DNA of 64,000 bases, from contig ML978125.1 in NCBI GenBank assembly GCA_010015805.1, positions 682,001 to 746,000 of the forward strand. Direction: 5' to 3'. Below, piece by piece: positions 24,691 to 36,776 of this stretch (position 1 is its first letter; the number at the start of each line of letters is the position of its first letter). Position numbers and translations under genes: made by a program. Under the pieces are notes generated by a model. It saw only the letters and a program-made list of their open reading frames with translations, was not told the origin of the DNA and did not search any database. The stretch is from Rhizodiscina lignyota (Eukaryota).

Positions 24691-27157
24691 TCATGAGTCG
24701 AGCGTGAACCGGTTTAGATACTTGAACGTCCTCAAACCTTCAAGAACGTTTCCTGTAAGGTTAGTACCACTGACGCCAAAGACGCCAGGTCCGCTCTTGA
24801 TGCCAGCAGCAGCAAGCACTGCGCTATCCGCAGCAACTGGCTTTCCAAACCTGTACGCATCAAGAAGAATCTGCATCGGACGACCCGCCGGATACAGAGT
24901 TGATGAAGTATTAGTACGGCCCATGAGAATTGAGTCAGCGCTGGGATCAACGACCACAGCATCGAAATTGGTGGCATCACTGGCAGAATAAGTCTGGCCA
25001 ACATCGCTTCCAAGAGTCGGCGCAACGACAACGAGGCTGACCTTCGCATCCGAGAGGGCCGATTGTAGTCCTGAAGCAACGGTAGACCCGCTGGTCGTCA
25101 AGTAACCCACACTAAGCCCGTCCAAGCGCTTCAATGGGGTGCCGAACGTTCCCACATCAGTCGTCTTGTTATTATGATAGAAAGTCGGATCCGGCGCCGG
25201 TGCCTCCATACCAAGTGCTTCACCTACGCGAACAGCAAGATCATGGTCCACGCGATTAAGCTGTGTCAGAACATTCTGCTTCACGACCGTGCTTGTAATA
25301 TGACTCGCCTCGAAGCGCATGGCATTAATGAGGAACTGCTGCTCCGCGGGAATGAGTGAGTTGAAGAACAGGCGGGGCTGGGAATAGACATCCGAGAAGG
25401 TCGAAGAGACACTGCGCACGAGCTTGCCAGATGCGGCGCGGTTAGGGGCGGTAAAGAAGCCATTGCCGACTGTCTGGTTCGCCTGCTTTGGGCTACCATT
25501 GTTGAGCGTATTCGGCGTGTAGGGGTACTTGTTGCTCGGGATGAAAAACTGCGAGGCCCCATCGCGGTTGTTGTTGTGCCAAGGTATGCGCGGCTGATTG
25601 ATGGGCAGCTGCTCGAAGTTGGGGCCGCCATTGCGATTTAATTGCGTGTCGAGGTAAGAAAAGATGCGTCCTTGAAGGAGCGGATCTTCCGTAAAGTCAA
25701 TTCCTCTTACTATGTGGCCGGGTTGGAACTAAAAAGCATCAATAGTCAGCTGCACGTGTATTTGGAAGTGTTGTCGTATATGCAGAAATATTCGGAAGCT
25801 ACTTACCATTATTTGTTCCGTTTCGGCGAAATAGTTTATGGGATTGCGGTTAAGCGTCAGCTTTCCGATTGGGGTAAGAGGGACCAGCTCCACTGGGACA
25901 ATCTTCGTCGGATCGAGGAGATCAAATCCGAACCTTAATTGATCCTCCTCGGACATTATCTGCACATTTAACTGGGAAAATGTTAGCAGTGGATCTTGAT
26001 AATCGACGCAGGAATTAGGTATGGCATGCAGTGAGAAAAGACGTAAGCTGAGCAGGGATTGTGAAATGTGGAGGTTGGGGATCGAGCTTATTTCTAGGGT
26101 TAATTCTCACCTCCCACTCCGGGAACATTCCGGATTCAATTGCATCCCAGAGGTCTTGTCTGTGATAATCGCCATTCTTTCCCTGCACGGCTTGAGCTTC
26201 CTCCCACACAAGGCTTGCTCTGCCCTGCATGGACTTCCAATGAAACTTGACAAGCTTTGTGCTGCCATCCTCCGTGACGAAGCGGAATGTGTGTATGCCA
26301 AAGCCATCCATATGCCTGAAAGAACGGACAATGCCATTACCAGCCATTGCCCAGAACAAGGTGTGCAGAGAACTTGGCTGGCCGCTGAAAAAATCCCATG
26401 CAGTATCATGAGCAGTGGCGGCTTGCGGAATCTCTCTGTCCGGCTGCGGCTTGACAGCATGAATGAGATCGGGGAATAGGATTGCATCCTGGATGAAGAA
26501 AATTGGAATATTGTTCCCCACAATGTCTAAACGCCTCAAATCAGCAAACGGGGCCGAAATATTGGGGTTAGAGCGGCACGAACCGTAGTTACCCTCATCA
26601 GTGTAAAAGCGGGTAGCAAAACCGTGGACATCTCGGGCAGTATCGACACTGCCGCGAGAACCAGCGACAGTCGAGAATCGGATAAACACTGGAGTCTCCT
26701 TGCCAGCAGCACCGAGGAAAGAAGCGGCAGTGATATTTGACCAGTCAGCATATGATGTGAAGACTCCGTGTGCGCCTAGAAACGTCAGTGGTAAGACTAA
26801 GTTAGGTTAAAGCCTCAACATACCAGCTCCGCGAGCATGAACAGCACGCTCTGGTACGCGCTCGTGATCAAAGTGCTGGATCTTTTGACGGAATATAAAG
26901 TCTTCAAGTAAAGTAGGACCTCTATCGCCAGCGCTCAGGCTGTTCTGATCAGCAATTGGACCGCCAACATCAGAGGTGATGAAGGTATCATTGTCGTCGA
27001 TGGTGAATTTATCCAGAAACTCTGCGGTAGACTCTGGCTCTGCTCTTCGCTGCAAGTGATCTGGGGGAGCATCGCGGCCAGCAAGTTGTCCTGACATATA
27101 AGGACAACCTTGAGCTGCCACGACGGCTGCAAAGATGGAAGACTTGAGAAGAAGCAT
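24691..27157 (-). CDS. catB: Secreted large-subunit monofunctional catalase (CatB/Cat-3 type)
   Basis: Signal peptide then [44 protein letters not shown], heme ligand region [13 protein letters not shown]-terminal flavodoxin-like domain; several introns. Confidence 0.93.
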
Positions 27158-28839
27158 ACTGTTGACCAACGAGAGACAAGCAATTGGAATGACACAGGAA
27201 GCGTGTGGACGGATGAAAGGAATAGAGCAGGGAATTTATACGATTCTGCAAACTCCATTTACCGGGCTATGTCAATCTCTCTAGAGAGCGAGCATGGTTC
27301 CGGCAATGAGGCTCCATCCGGATAAGGCCAAGGTTGATCATGCCATCATGCCACTGTGGAAACGAGCGGAGACAATGACAACGACCCCAATCGATGCTCC
27401 GATCTGGCCGCATGTAGCTGATTAATGGGGGGCAACACGCCAAAATAAAGTGTTCGGACGTAGGTATTCGTGGTGAGATCATGCCCACAAGATGCTCGTC
27501 CTTACGATGGCGTGCAAGGAAAAATGAGACTGGACCATATGGGCAAGCCACAGCTAGATAGGGAAGCCGATCCAGCAATGCAGAATAAACTAGACACGCT
27601 GTGAAACCAAAACTACCAAGGCCAGAGACTCGGTTAGAAGCAAGTTGCAATCATTTTGCTGAAGCGGAGAGACCGATATCGCCCGATGAGATGTTAGGTT
27701 GCAGAAATCGGAACAAAGCCATTAGGGACGACAAAGCCGCGCAAGGCAATACTGAGATGCGAAGAGAGCGAAACGACGCCCCGCCCGTAAACGTCCCGCC
27801 TAGCTGCACAGTAATAGTGCAAAAAGTAGGGAAGCTGGCGTGTTATCCTGCACTGAGAATCCGCAGCGTCCGCAGGGTAAGCTCGCCATGCTCCGTCTCC
27901 ACAGAACAAACATGGGAGGAGAAAACGTGGCCCGGGATTAAGAAATGTGGAGGTCCTTCTACCTTCTAATCACCAAGCCTAGGCCCAGTGTTGGACGTTC
28001 AATAGCCATCACGGGAGAAGCACTGTTGTATCGTCATAAGACGCATACTCCCCTATCTTCGAGCTGTGGAGGTCGATATCGGTGCGACGTCGATTGACCT
28101 GGAGCTTCCAAGTTCTAGGCGCGCGGAGTGTTGACGGGCAATCCTGTCGTGCAACTGCTCAGCCGCCTTCACGACTTCGGCAGATCCAATGCTGGGATTG
28201 CCATCACGGCAAAGGGGAGTCGATGGTAGATTGTGTTGTTTCTCATTTTCCGCGGCGAGGCCATATCACTCGCGCAGAGCCTAGAGGCCGAGATGGACTG
28301 GTGGATCACGTGATGGTGTCGCCACACAGGGACTGGGCGCTGAATGATTCCGAATGACGAATAATGACGCAGGAAAGGGAGCCGAAGGCCTAAGACGATG
28401 CATAGGTATTCAGCTTCGTTGCAGGATGAGAAGAGAATGGTGTTGGAGTCTGAAGGAGGGCAGGGGTTGGCCTCCCATGCTAGGTTTCGAGAGGAGCTCC
28501 TTTGACGTGTCGACACCTTTGGCGGAAGCATCACCATCAGAAATGGGACTGTACCCATAATATCGATTTTGCGTGTTTTGCGCATTTGCGCATCGAGAAC
28601 TTATGTCTCCTGATCGAGCCACGACGTGGGAGTTCCAGTTGAAGACACGATAAGGCAACCATATTCAAATGCCCGATAAGGCAGGTGGCGCGAGCTCAAT
28701 CACCACCCCACCAAGGTATCCTCATCACGTATGCCTCTCCACCCTTCCCTTTCCTCCACCCTAGATCTCCAGCCCTATCTATCTTCTCCACCCGCATTCC
28801 ACGCGTAGGTGAGCTGAACTATCGACTTGTCCCATCGCC

Positions 28840-30440
28840 ATGGGTGCCGCACCATCACGAGAGGAACCGCTTATGGAGAAGCTCGACCTCGGGGACCGCA
28901 AGAACGCTTTGCAGCAACTACGAGCCGTACAACAGGACTTGGAGAGTCAATATGTCCTCGTAGAGAAGTCCATGCCACCACCAAAGTACAGGCAGATCTA
29001 TCCACAAGCTCAGCGCCAGACCGATGTCTCCATTGAAGCGACGGAGGAGTGGCAGAAAGAACTGCTAGAGAATCCGAAGGTAATCAATATATAAAACCCG
29101 TGTCCTTGAAGCCATTCCATTGATATACTGTATAGAACCGGCTCGCTTTATCAGCTCTTTCCACTAATGCAGCAAACGACGTCCTCTCCTCCCGCTCCGC
29201 TGCCATCTCCGACACGCAAATCTTCAATATTAAGATCCCCCATGAAGGCTCCCCAGTTACGAACCAGCGCAGCTCCGGCCGCTGTTGGCTATTTGCCAGC
29301 ACGAATGTCTTCCGTGTGGCCATAATGAACAAATACAAGCTTGAGTCCTTTGAGCTCAGCCAGGCGTACCTCTTCTTTTGGGACAAGCTCGAAAAGGCCA
29401 ACTATTTCCTCGAGAACATTCTGGATACGGTCGACGAGTCGTTGGATGGCCGTCTTGTCCAAGAACTGGTTCATTCATCATTCTCTGATGGAGGCCAGTG
29501 GGACATGGCCGCCAATGTTGTGGCCAAATATGGCCTTGTCCCTCAAGTGCTCTATCCGGACAGTTTCAACGCAATGAACTCCGGCACTATGAATCGCCTC
29601 ATTATCAACAAATTACGCGAGTATGCGCTCCGCCTCCGAGAAATGGCCCAATCATCTGACCCGTCTATCCGGTCCTCCCTGCAAGGTGCAAAGACCAAAA
29701 TGCTACAGGAAGTTCACCTTATGCTTACAATCATGCTTGGCCCACCGCCAAGCCCCTCGAAAGAGTTTACTTGGGACTTCTACGATAAGGACAAGAAGTA
29801 CCATTCCATCACAGCGACTCCCATCTCCTTTGCCTCGCAGCTCTCCGACCAATCTACCGTCCGCGCTTGCTCAGGCACAGACGTGAACAAGCTCTTCTCC
29901 CTTGTCAATGACCCGCGGAACTCCTATCTCACCCACCTCACTGTCTCACGCCTCGGCAACGTCTGGAATAGCCGCCCCATCACGTACGTCAACGTCGACA
30001 TGACGACCATGAAGAACGCTGCTATCGCCATGCTGCGTCGTGGGCTGCCAGTTTTCTTCGGCTGCGACGTAGGCAAGTACTCTGACTCTGCGCGCGGAAT
30101 CATGGACGTCGATCTCTACGACTACGAGCTCGCGTTCAACGTCAGCCTTGGTATGAACAAGGCAGAGAGGCTGCGAGTTGGTGAGAGTGCTATGACGCAT
30201 GCGATGGTACTGACCGCGGTTCATGTAGAGAAGGGGAAGCCTGTGAGGTGGAGAGTGGAGAATAGTTGGAGCGACACTGCTGGTACGAAGGGTTACTTCG
30301 TCATGAGTGATGCATGGATGGATGAGTTTACGTACCAGGTGGTTGTCGACCCGAGCTTTGTGAGTGAGGAAGTGAGGAAGGTGCTTAAACAGGAACCGAA
30401 GGTGCTGCCGTTGTGGGATCCTATGGGGGCATTGGCTTAG
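28840..30440 (+). CDS. LAP3: Bleomycin hydrolase / cysteine aminopeptidase (peptidase C1B)
   Basis: TNQRSSGRCWLFA, LSQAYLFFWDKLEKAN, DGGQWDM, MTHAMVLTAV, WRVENSW, C-terminal WDPMGALA; one intron near 29080-29133. Confidence 0.95.
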
Positions 30441-30854
30441 ACCATGGCTCATTCAGATATGATACCACAACGATTTTGCTATACTCGAAGACGTGGTATG
30501 TATTTGAGGGCTATTCTGACTGTACGAGGGACGATGTTATCACGTAGATTATCACGACATGGAGTAAATGAACTCAATTGATGACATTATCTTTGCTCTG
30601 TTCGTAAGAGTGTATGTTGGCGTGTAGCCTTATTCATTTTGATCTGATCCGTGTGTCCGTGATTCCTTGACCTAGCAGTGTGCAGCCAGCCATGCAAGTC
30701 ATAAACGTTCCGTCCGATCCCATTGGAATAATGCCGCTAATTCAAAACCGCTGCTCCTCCATGCTGGTCGTATTTACAGATTTACTTCTTCTCCCGCATA
30801 TTGCCAATCCAGAGGCGCCTCCGAACCCCATGTACCTTATCCATCGTTTTGTTA

Positions 30855-31373
30855 TCAACAACCCTCCTCTAAGCTATCCCTCACGCATTTCCGCACCCTC
30901 TTCTTAAACTCCTTCGGGTCACTCCGCCAAATACTCGCAGCCTCCACATTCGCCGGGCTCTCGTCGTTCGGACTGCTCAGCATGCTGATCACGCTCAACA
31001 AGATCGTCTCGGGGCTCTGCACAGGGCTCCACCGCTCGCTCGCGCTCTCGTATCCGTACTTGTCCTCCTCCGGCGGGTGCAGGATGCTGATGCACACCTC
31101 CCCGTTCGGATAGATGTTCGGGTGGAATATCGGCGTCTCGAACTTCATCTTGGGCGGCAGGAGAGGGTACTCGGTAGGGAACGAGAGGCGCGCGCGGAAG
31201 AAGCCTCCGCCGTAGAACGCGCAGTCGTCGCTTATCATGAGCATCACCTCCCACTCGAAGACGTTATCGCTCACGAGGCCGACCGAGATACCGGGGATGG
31301 CGTCCTTGTCGTTCTGCATGTGCTTGAGCTGGCGTGCTAGGAGACCCGCGGCGGCGGATGTGGACGAGGCCAT
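30855..31373 (-). CDS. Ubiquitin-conjugating enzyme E2, UBE2G1/Ubc7/Cdc34 family with acidic loop
   Basis: FHPNIYPNGEVCISILHPPEEDKYGYESASERWSPVQ; intronless 172-aa ORF. Confidence 0.95.
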   Translation of the reverse strand: MASSTSAAAGLLARQLKHMQNDKDAIPGISVGLVSDNVFEWEVMLMISDDCAFYGGGFFRARLSFPTEYPLLPPKMKFETPIFHPNIYPNGEVCISILHPPEEDKYGYESASERWSPVQSPETILLSVISMLSSPNDESPANVEAASIWRSDPKEFKKRVRKCVRDSLEEGC

Positions 31374-31956
31374 GATGGTAGTGGTGGTGAGAGGGCTTCG
31401 AGGATAGTTGTCCGTCGTCTACTGTTCGAGGACGAGGTGGGAATGCGAGGGTTCCTAGGGTGAGAGACTTGTGAGAGCGCGAAGTTCGCGAGCTTATGTA
31501 TGCCAGAAGGCGATAGAATGGTGAATTAGCACCTCTGTGACTTATACACGATGTTTATATGCAAGTATCAATGAAAGTGAGGCGGATAGTGTGATCCGAC
31601 CACGGGCCTGAGAATGCGGAGCGTGTTCGTGTATTGGTGAAGGCGAGAGCAGAAGTAGTCCTGTTACTTTTCGGAGCTACAACGCAGGCGTTGTCAAGAG
31701 AATGCTGGACTTGGGAGGTGGGAGTCAGTGTATGTCTTGGATACGGAAGCTCACATGAAGCTCGGAGCTAGGTGGGTCACATACTCTATGTCATCCCGAT
31801 GCGGAAGTCAGACTTAACAATGCACGTGCTTCTGATACTCGACTGCGAACTTCATCATGATCGCGGAAATAGGGTCGAACTTGGGAGAGGATGTGGTCTA
31901 GAAACATTCGTGTCTATGAGATTGACCTTGTACTTTCATACAACGTTCTACCGATG

Positions 31957-32112
31957 AATGCTCCTCGATCCAGCAGTCTCGAGAGCTCCAGAGTACTTCA
32001 GTTGTAAGCTCCTCAGTATTTAGCGTGAGCTCTTTGATCAACCATTGTAGAGCTCCTCGATTCATCAGTTGAGAGTCTTTTATCCACCAGTTAAAAGCTC
32101 TTCAGTATTCCG
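31957..32112. repeat. Degenerate minisatellite, about 7 units of 20-25 bp
   Basis: Recurring agctc(c/t)tc..(t)cagtt units, e.g. gctcctcgatccagcagt, agctcctcagtatt, agagctcctcgattcatcagttg, aagctcttcagtatt. Confidence 0.65.
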
Positions 32113-32220
32113 TCCAATAACAAGAATCACGCCGACAACGCCCTCCTGCGAGCGCCAAAATAAGAAAAAAACCCCGAAGCAAATATTTCTGGCCACTGCC
32201 TTGAAGATGCTTAAGACATC

Positions 32221-35200
32221 TCACAACAGCCAAGGGCTTCCGACAGGATTGACCTCCGCGCTCGTACCACCACCAAGTGTGAAGCTATTGAGGGTATCCT
32301 CGCCAATGCTTCTCCTGTTCCTAAGAGCTCTCTGCCGCATCTCCTTTTGTCGTATGTTAGATGCCCATATGAGCTTCATGTTCTCCACACCTCGCTCGTT
32401 TTTCTCAATATGTGGCTGCATCTTTGAGTTCCGTCGAATGAGCCCCCAGATTTTGTGAGCTTCGTCTCCCTCAGCGGATCCAGCGGCCTCTGCATATCCG
32501 ATCATCGTTGGGGAACTCTCCACTTCTGGAGTTGAGCATGTGGACGTCCCGAGGGTCGGAATGCACTCTCGTTGTATCTCTGTTGATGCGCAGTACGTTT
32601 CCGGTGTCGAAGTTTGGAAAGTAGAAGCTGGGGTGCGCTCTTGCACAAACTCCGTTGGACCAATATTCACCTCCGTTGTTGAATGTTTGGAAGTAGGAGT
32701 CGAAGTACACACTTGGACACCGTCCGCTGGGCCAGCCTCTGGCTCCGGTGTTGCGCATTCTGGTATTGACGCCGAAGTACCCGCTGTCCACTTGTGCGCT
32801 GGGCCCTCGAAAGAGAAACGAGGGAGAGCCGGGGATTGATCACGGTTCACAACGCTATCGTGACGAGGTTTTTCCTTGCTCATTTGCATCTCAACTTTCT
32901 GCCGATGCTCAAGCTCTTCTTTGATTGCCGATGCGTGCTGGAGGCATGAGGCTGATAAGGACGTGTGCGCAACTATCTTCTGCAGCACCTTCAATGCCTC
33001 TAGCGGCTGGCAATAAGTAGCGACCTGCGTGATCAACGGCGCATATACCTGCTCATCCGCACGTGCAGCTAGGGCAATTGATTTTCCTTTACTGCTTGGA
33101 GACCAGATTGATGGAGCGTCAATGTAGTACGGCTTATCGATGCACATATAGTTGTCGTTTGGGAATGATGAGTGCCTGTAGTAGCACTGGACATGTAGGA
33201 TTTCATGTCGGAGCGCTTTTTTGTGAAACAACAATTCCAAGTCCGAGACGGCTTCTTCGAACGTACCTCCATCATCATTTGGCGACAGACGGCCCACGAC
33301 AATCTGCAGCAAGACGATCACATGCTGGCCTTGATGGATACTGCTGATGTGCACAGATTTGCCTCTGTGGAAGCTGTAAAATGATTGGTCGCCAACTACT
33401 CGTTCGAGACTGCAATGTTCGCCGGGCCATACCCTCAAGTCAATGTCGAAGAACTCACCAGGATCGGCTGAAGTTCGCAGTGACCTGATGACGTGGCGGA
33501 TCGAAGCGCGCAAGGCCTGATGCGGTGGTAGGACACCTTCATGCGCCTCTGGTGTAAACTTTGACTGCGTGGTAATGACCCAGCCGTTCTCAGGAACCAC
33601 GATGTCCACGGTAGGGATGGCTGATGGACAAACAGCATGGATTGCGACAAATTCATGGCCATGAATTTTCTTGAGATTGATTGTTGGTCTGGATGAAATG
33701 ACGAAGACATGGCATTCCCTATCGCGCGCCTGGCGGTTGCGTACACGTATCGGCTCTGTCAAGGTCGCGACTGCACAGTCCAGAATCTCGTCGAGAGAGG
33801 GTGGCGGAGCAGCAGGTTGATCGGAGTACTGGCAGTGTGTAATACGGCGCAGCTCTCTTTGAAGATCGTGAACAGAGGGCTTCTCGAGAGGATGCAGTTG
33901 GTACCGAGGGTCTTCGTGCTCTTCCATGCCGGGATGGCAACCGGTCGTACAGAAAACCGCCATCCGATCGTCATTGTGGGTCAATGCTTCCGCAATATCA
34001 AGGACGGCAGCACAGCCAATATTGACAGACGTTGTCGAACTCGTAGGCCTGCATCAAATTAGTCTTCCTCCTAAGGCAGGCGTTCGAATGGACTTGCAGG
34101 TTGTCGAGCAATACAATGACATCGACAGGATCGGGCAAAAGCATAGGATTGTATGGAGGCACACCGCAGTTGCGACTCAGGTCCAAAGCTACCCATAGTT
34201 TGCGACTGGATTGCACATCAACACTTTCGCACTCAGGTATGACCGAAAGCTGCAGGTATGGGTTTGGAGTCGCCTTGCGCTTCGGTTTTGGCGTGAAGCA
34301 CGAAGGCTGAGTTTGAGAACTTGAGGTCTCAAGTTCAGAAGGCTTGGCGCTGGCCAAGTGAATGCTCGGGATAGCCATCATAAAACTACCACTAACGACG
34401 CGTTCAGTACAAGCTTTAAGTAATTTAGAGCTTTTGCCTACTCTTCCAGCTCCGCGATATGTTCGGTGCGAGTCACCAGTGGCTCTGCCGGTATAGTCGG
34501 TGTTTCGTCCAGACTGCGAGATTGCCGCTCCTTGTGCCTAGACTTGTGCAGTAAGGATATCCTTTGAAAGAATTTGCCATCATTGCCATGATTCCTGGTA
34601 ATACGCACCGCACCAGGTGAAACGGATAAGTCTTCGAGAACTTGAGTGGGGCGCGCTGCGTTTCTGAAAAGGTTTTTCTCGACGCGTTGGCGTTGAAAAG
34701 TGGAAGAGTATGATCGCCCAGATATGAAGAAGTCGTCCAATGGCCTCTGAGGAATATTGCCTTCTGAAAGCTTGATTCTCGAGAGATTTAAACTTGGTCG
34801 TGAGCGATACGCTTCTTTCACTGCCGTGACCAGCTCTTGGGCAGAAAACTTGCGGCGGAGATTAAACCGGGTAAACGACGGGCCGCCCCGACGCGTGTTT
34901 AGCGTGAATTGAGGCTCTCTGCTTGGAGAGCTGGCTGCATAAGAGTCTTGGCTTGCCGTGCTGCCATATGAACCGTCCTGTACATTGCGCTGCTTCCGCG
35001 TCTTCTTAACTTTGAGCGGCGAGGCAAATGGTAATTGTGAGGCAGTTGGAGCTACCGCAGACAATATTCGAGGGTCTCTTGTAGAACCACCTGGTTCATT
35101 CAAGGCCTCCAATGTCTGGCTGAGTTCCCTCGAATGCTGCGCTCTCCTTGTGACCTTTCTCCAAGTGAGGCCTCGCTCAGAGGGGTATTCCAAGATGTTC

Positions 35201-35223
35201 TCTTTGCCCTGTAAGGATGTCAT
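32221..35223 (-). CDS. Uncharacterised large protein with a degenerate vWA-like central domain
   Basis: Three ORFs join in frame through a GT-AG intron near 34441..34392 and a GC-AG intron at 34097..34049. vWA-like strands PVDVIVLLDNL, DDRMAVFCT and CHVFVISS. Confidence 0.65.
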
Positions 35224-35395
35224 GTTGATGTTAAATACGGAATTCGATTGCTTATGTGATGGAAGTATCGACCGGTCTAGGTAAAACAAGCCGAGAAATC
35301 GCGAGGATCAAACGATGCGCGAATTCGAAGAGTCTCTGAACCGTTGTGAGCTTCCGATGACACAAATGATATGTTCATTTCACCGACCGATAGCT

Positions 35396-35683
35396 TCAAA
35401 CGCCAGAGGTAGCGTCTTGGTTCACAGGTTCACTCTTTGAAGATGCTCTGAGACGCGAAATCTTCTCAGGGACTGGTTCTGACCGATGCCCCTTTTCGAC
35501 GTCCTCGGGCCTTTTGCCTCTTGAAAACTTCGCTGCAATGCGTGCTCTGGCTCGTTGAAGGCGAACGGAGATCCACTCGGCCCAGAAGATTGCGCCGCAG
35601 AAAATAGCAAGCAGGACCGCGATTGGGACTATTATCAAAGCAACTGTAATAATCTCCTGGTTCTTGCTGACGATGCGGCCCAT
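35396..35683 (-). CDS. Small single-pass membrane protein, 95 aa
   Basis: ATG-initiated ORF with a hydrophobic helix IITVALIIVPIAVLLAIFCGAIFW, a basic stretch and a DVEKG motif common in cytosolic tails of fungal membrane proteins. Confidence 0.55.
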   Translation of the reverse strand: MGRIVSKNQEIITVALIIVPIAVLLAIFCGAIFWAEWISVRLQRARARIAAKFSRGKRPEDVEKGHRSEPVPEKISRLRASSKSEPVNQDATSGV

Positions 35684-35813
35684 GATTTCTTGATCGGTAC
35701 AGTCGAGACGGGAAATGGAGATAGTATGTGAAGCTTGATAGCCTCATTTATGCCACGGATGAGATGATATGGGATCTACGGATGCTGAGCTTCGGAAGGG
35801 ACGAAGCGTCTTT

Positions 35814-36776
35814 TTATGTGGCAGCAGCGGTGCGCTGGGTGATACCGTTGCAAATCTGCTTCGCCGCTTCTTCGTCTAGATCTGAGAACCGAATCTGCGT
35901 CCAAGCCAATCAGTATGTTAACAATACGAAAACCGCGCAATTCTTACAATTTCATCACCAGTATTAGAAGACCCAAATAGGACTGGCTCAGAAAGGCTTT
36001 CTCGAACGCCTTTCTGGACGCGTTGCTCCCAAACGCCCTCCCAGTTCCATTCGCCGGGACGCCTAGCCCTTGGAATGGCGTCCCGACTATTTGATCTTCG
36101 ATGAGATGCACCTGACGACTGCTGTGTCTTTTGCTGCTCTGCACGATACGTATGCCACGCATGGTATGCACCAGCATTAGCAGCTGACCCCGATGGGATG
36201 GAGTCCAAGACCGTCTCATCATTGAAAGCAGCGCGCATGTACTCTAAGATCCTGAATACGGGCACGTCCGGCGTGGAAGTCACTTCGTTTGATGAACTAC
36301 CTTTGAACCACTGCGGGAAGCCATGTCGAAGGCTGAAACCACCTGGCGGTAAACGTTCTTCTTCAACCGGACTCGATCCATCTGGCATGGTGCTGGTGGC
36401 ATATGATTGCGCAGTCAAGGGAGTTAGGAGTGGGTGAAAGATCTCAGTTGAAAATGTAACGAGTGGGGGAAGAGATGGATAGTTTGGAGGGAACGACAGT
36501 TGGAAGCGAAGGATCGCTGGAGCATAAGGGCCTGCCTCCGGCAGTTAGTATGGTAAGGCATCATGGGGTACTACAGACTGACCGGTACGGACGAACATCA
36601 CACCAGACCATAATGAAGGATCTCCGGGTGTAAGAGTCACATATACTCCGTCTGGACTCGCATGTTTCAGGCTTGAGCTGCCATATCGGATCAGCACCGT
36701 AACAGCAAAACTTGGACGCGAGCTTTTACAATTCTAGCAGCAAATTCTGTTTCATGAAAGATGTTATAGCAGCCAT
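35814..36776 (-). CDS. Fts/AKTIP/crossbronx-like ubiquitin E2 variant (FHF complex subunit)
   Basis: Introns 36729..36678, 36582..36532 and one from 35947 give MAAITSFMKQNLLLEFSSLKHASPDGVYVTLTPGDPSLWSGVMFVRTGPYAPAILRFQLSFPPNYPSLPPLVTFSTEIFHPLL. This is a UBC fold with HPL instead of HPN and no catalytic Cys. Confidence 0.8.

Noticed and set aside
30579..30647. TGATGA...CTGA as a box C/D snoRNA
   Set aside because: No terminal stem or recognisable rRNA guide; such short boxes occur by chance.
31957..32112. CRISPR-like array
   Set aside because: Eukaryotic DNA, degenerate units, no unique spacers and no cas genes.
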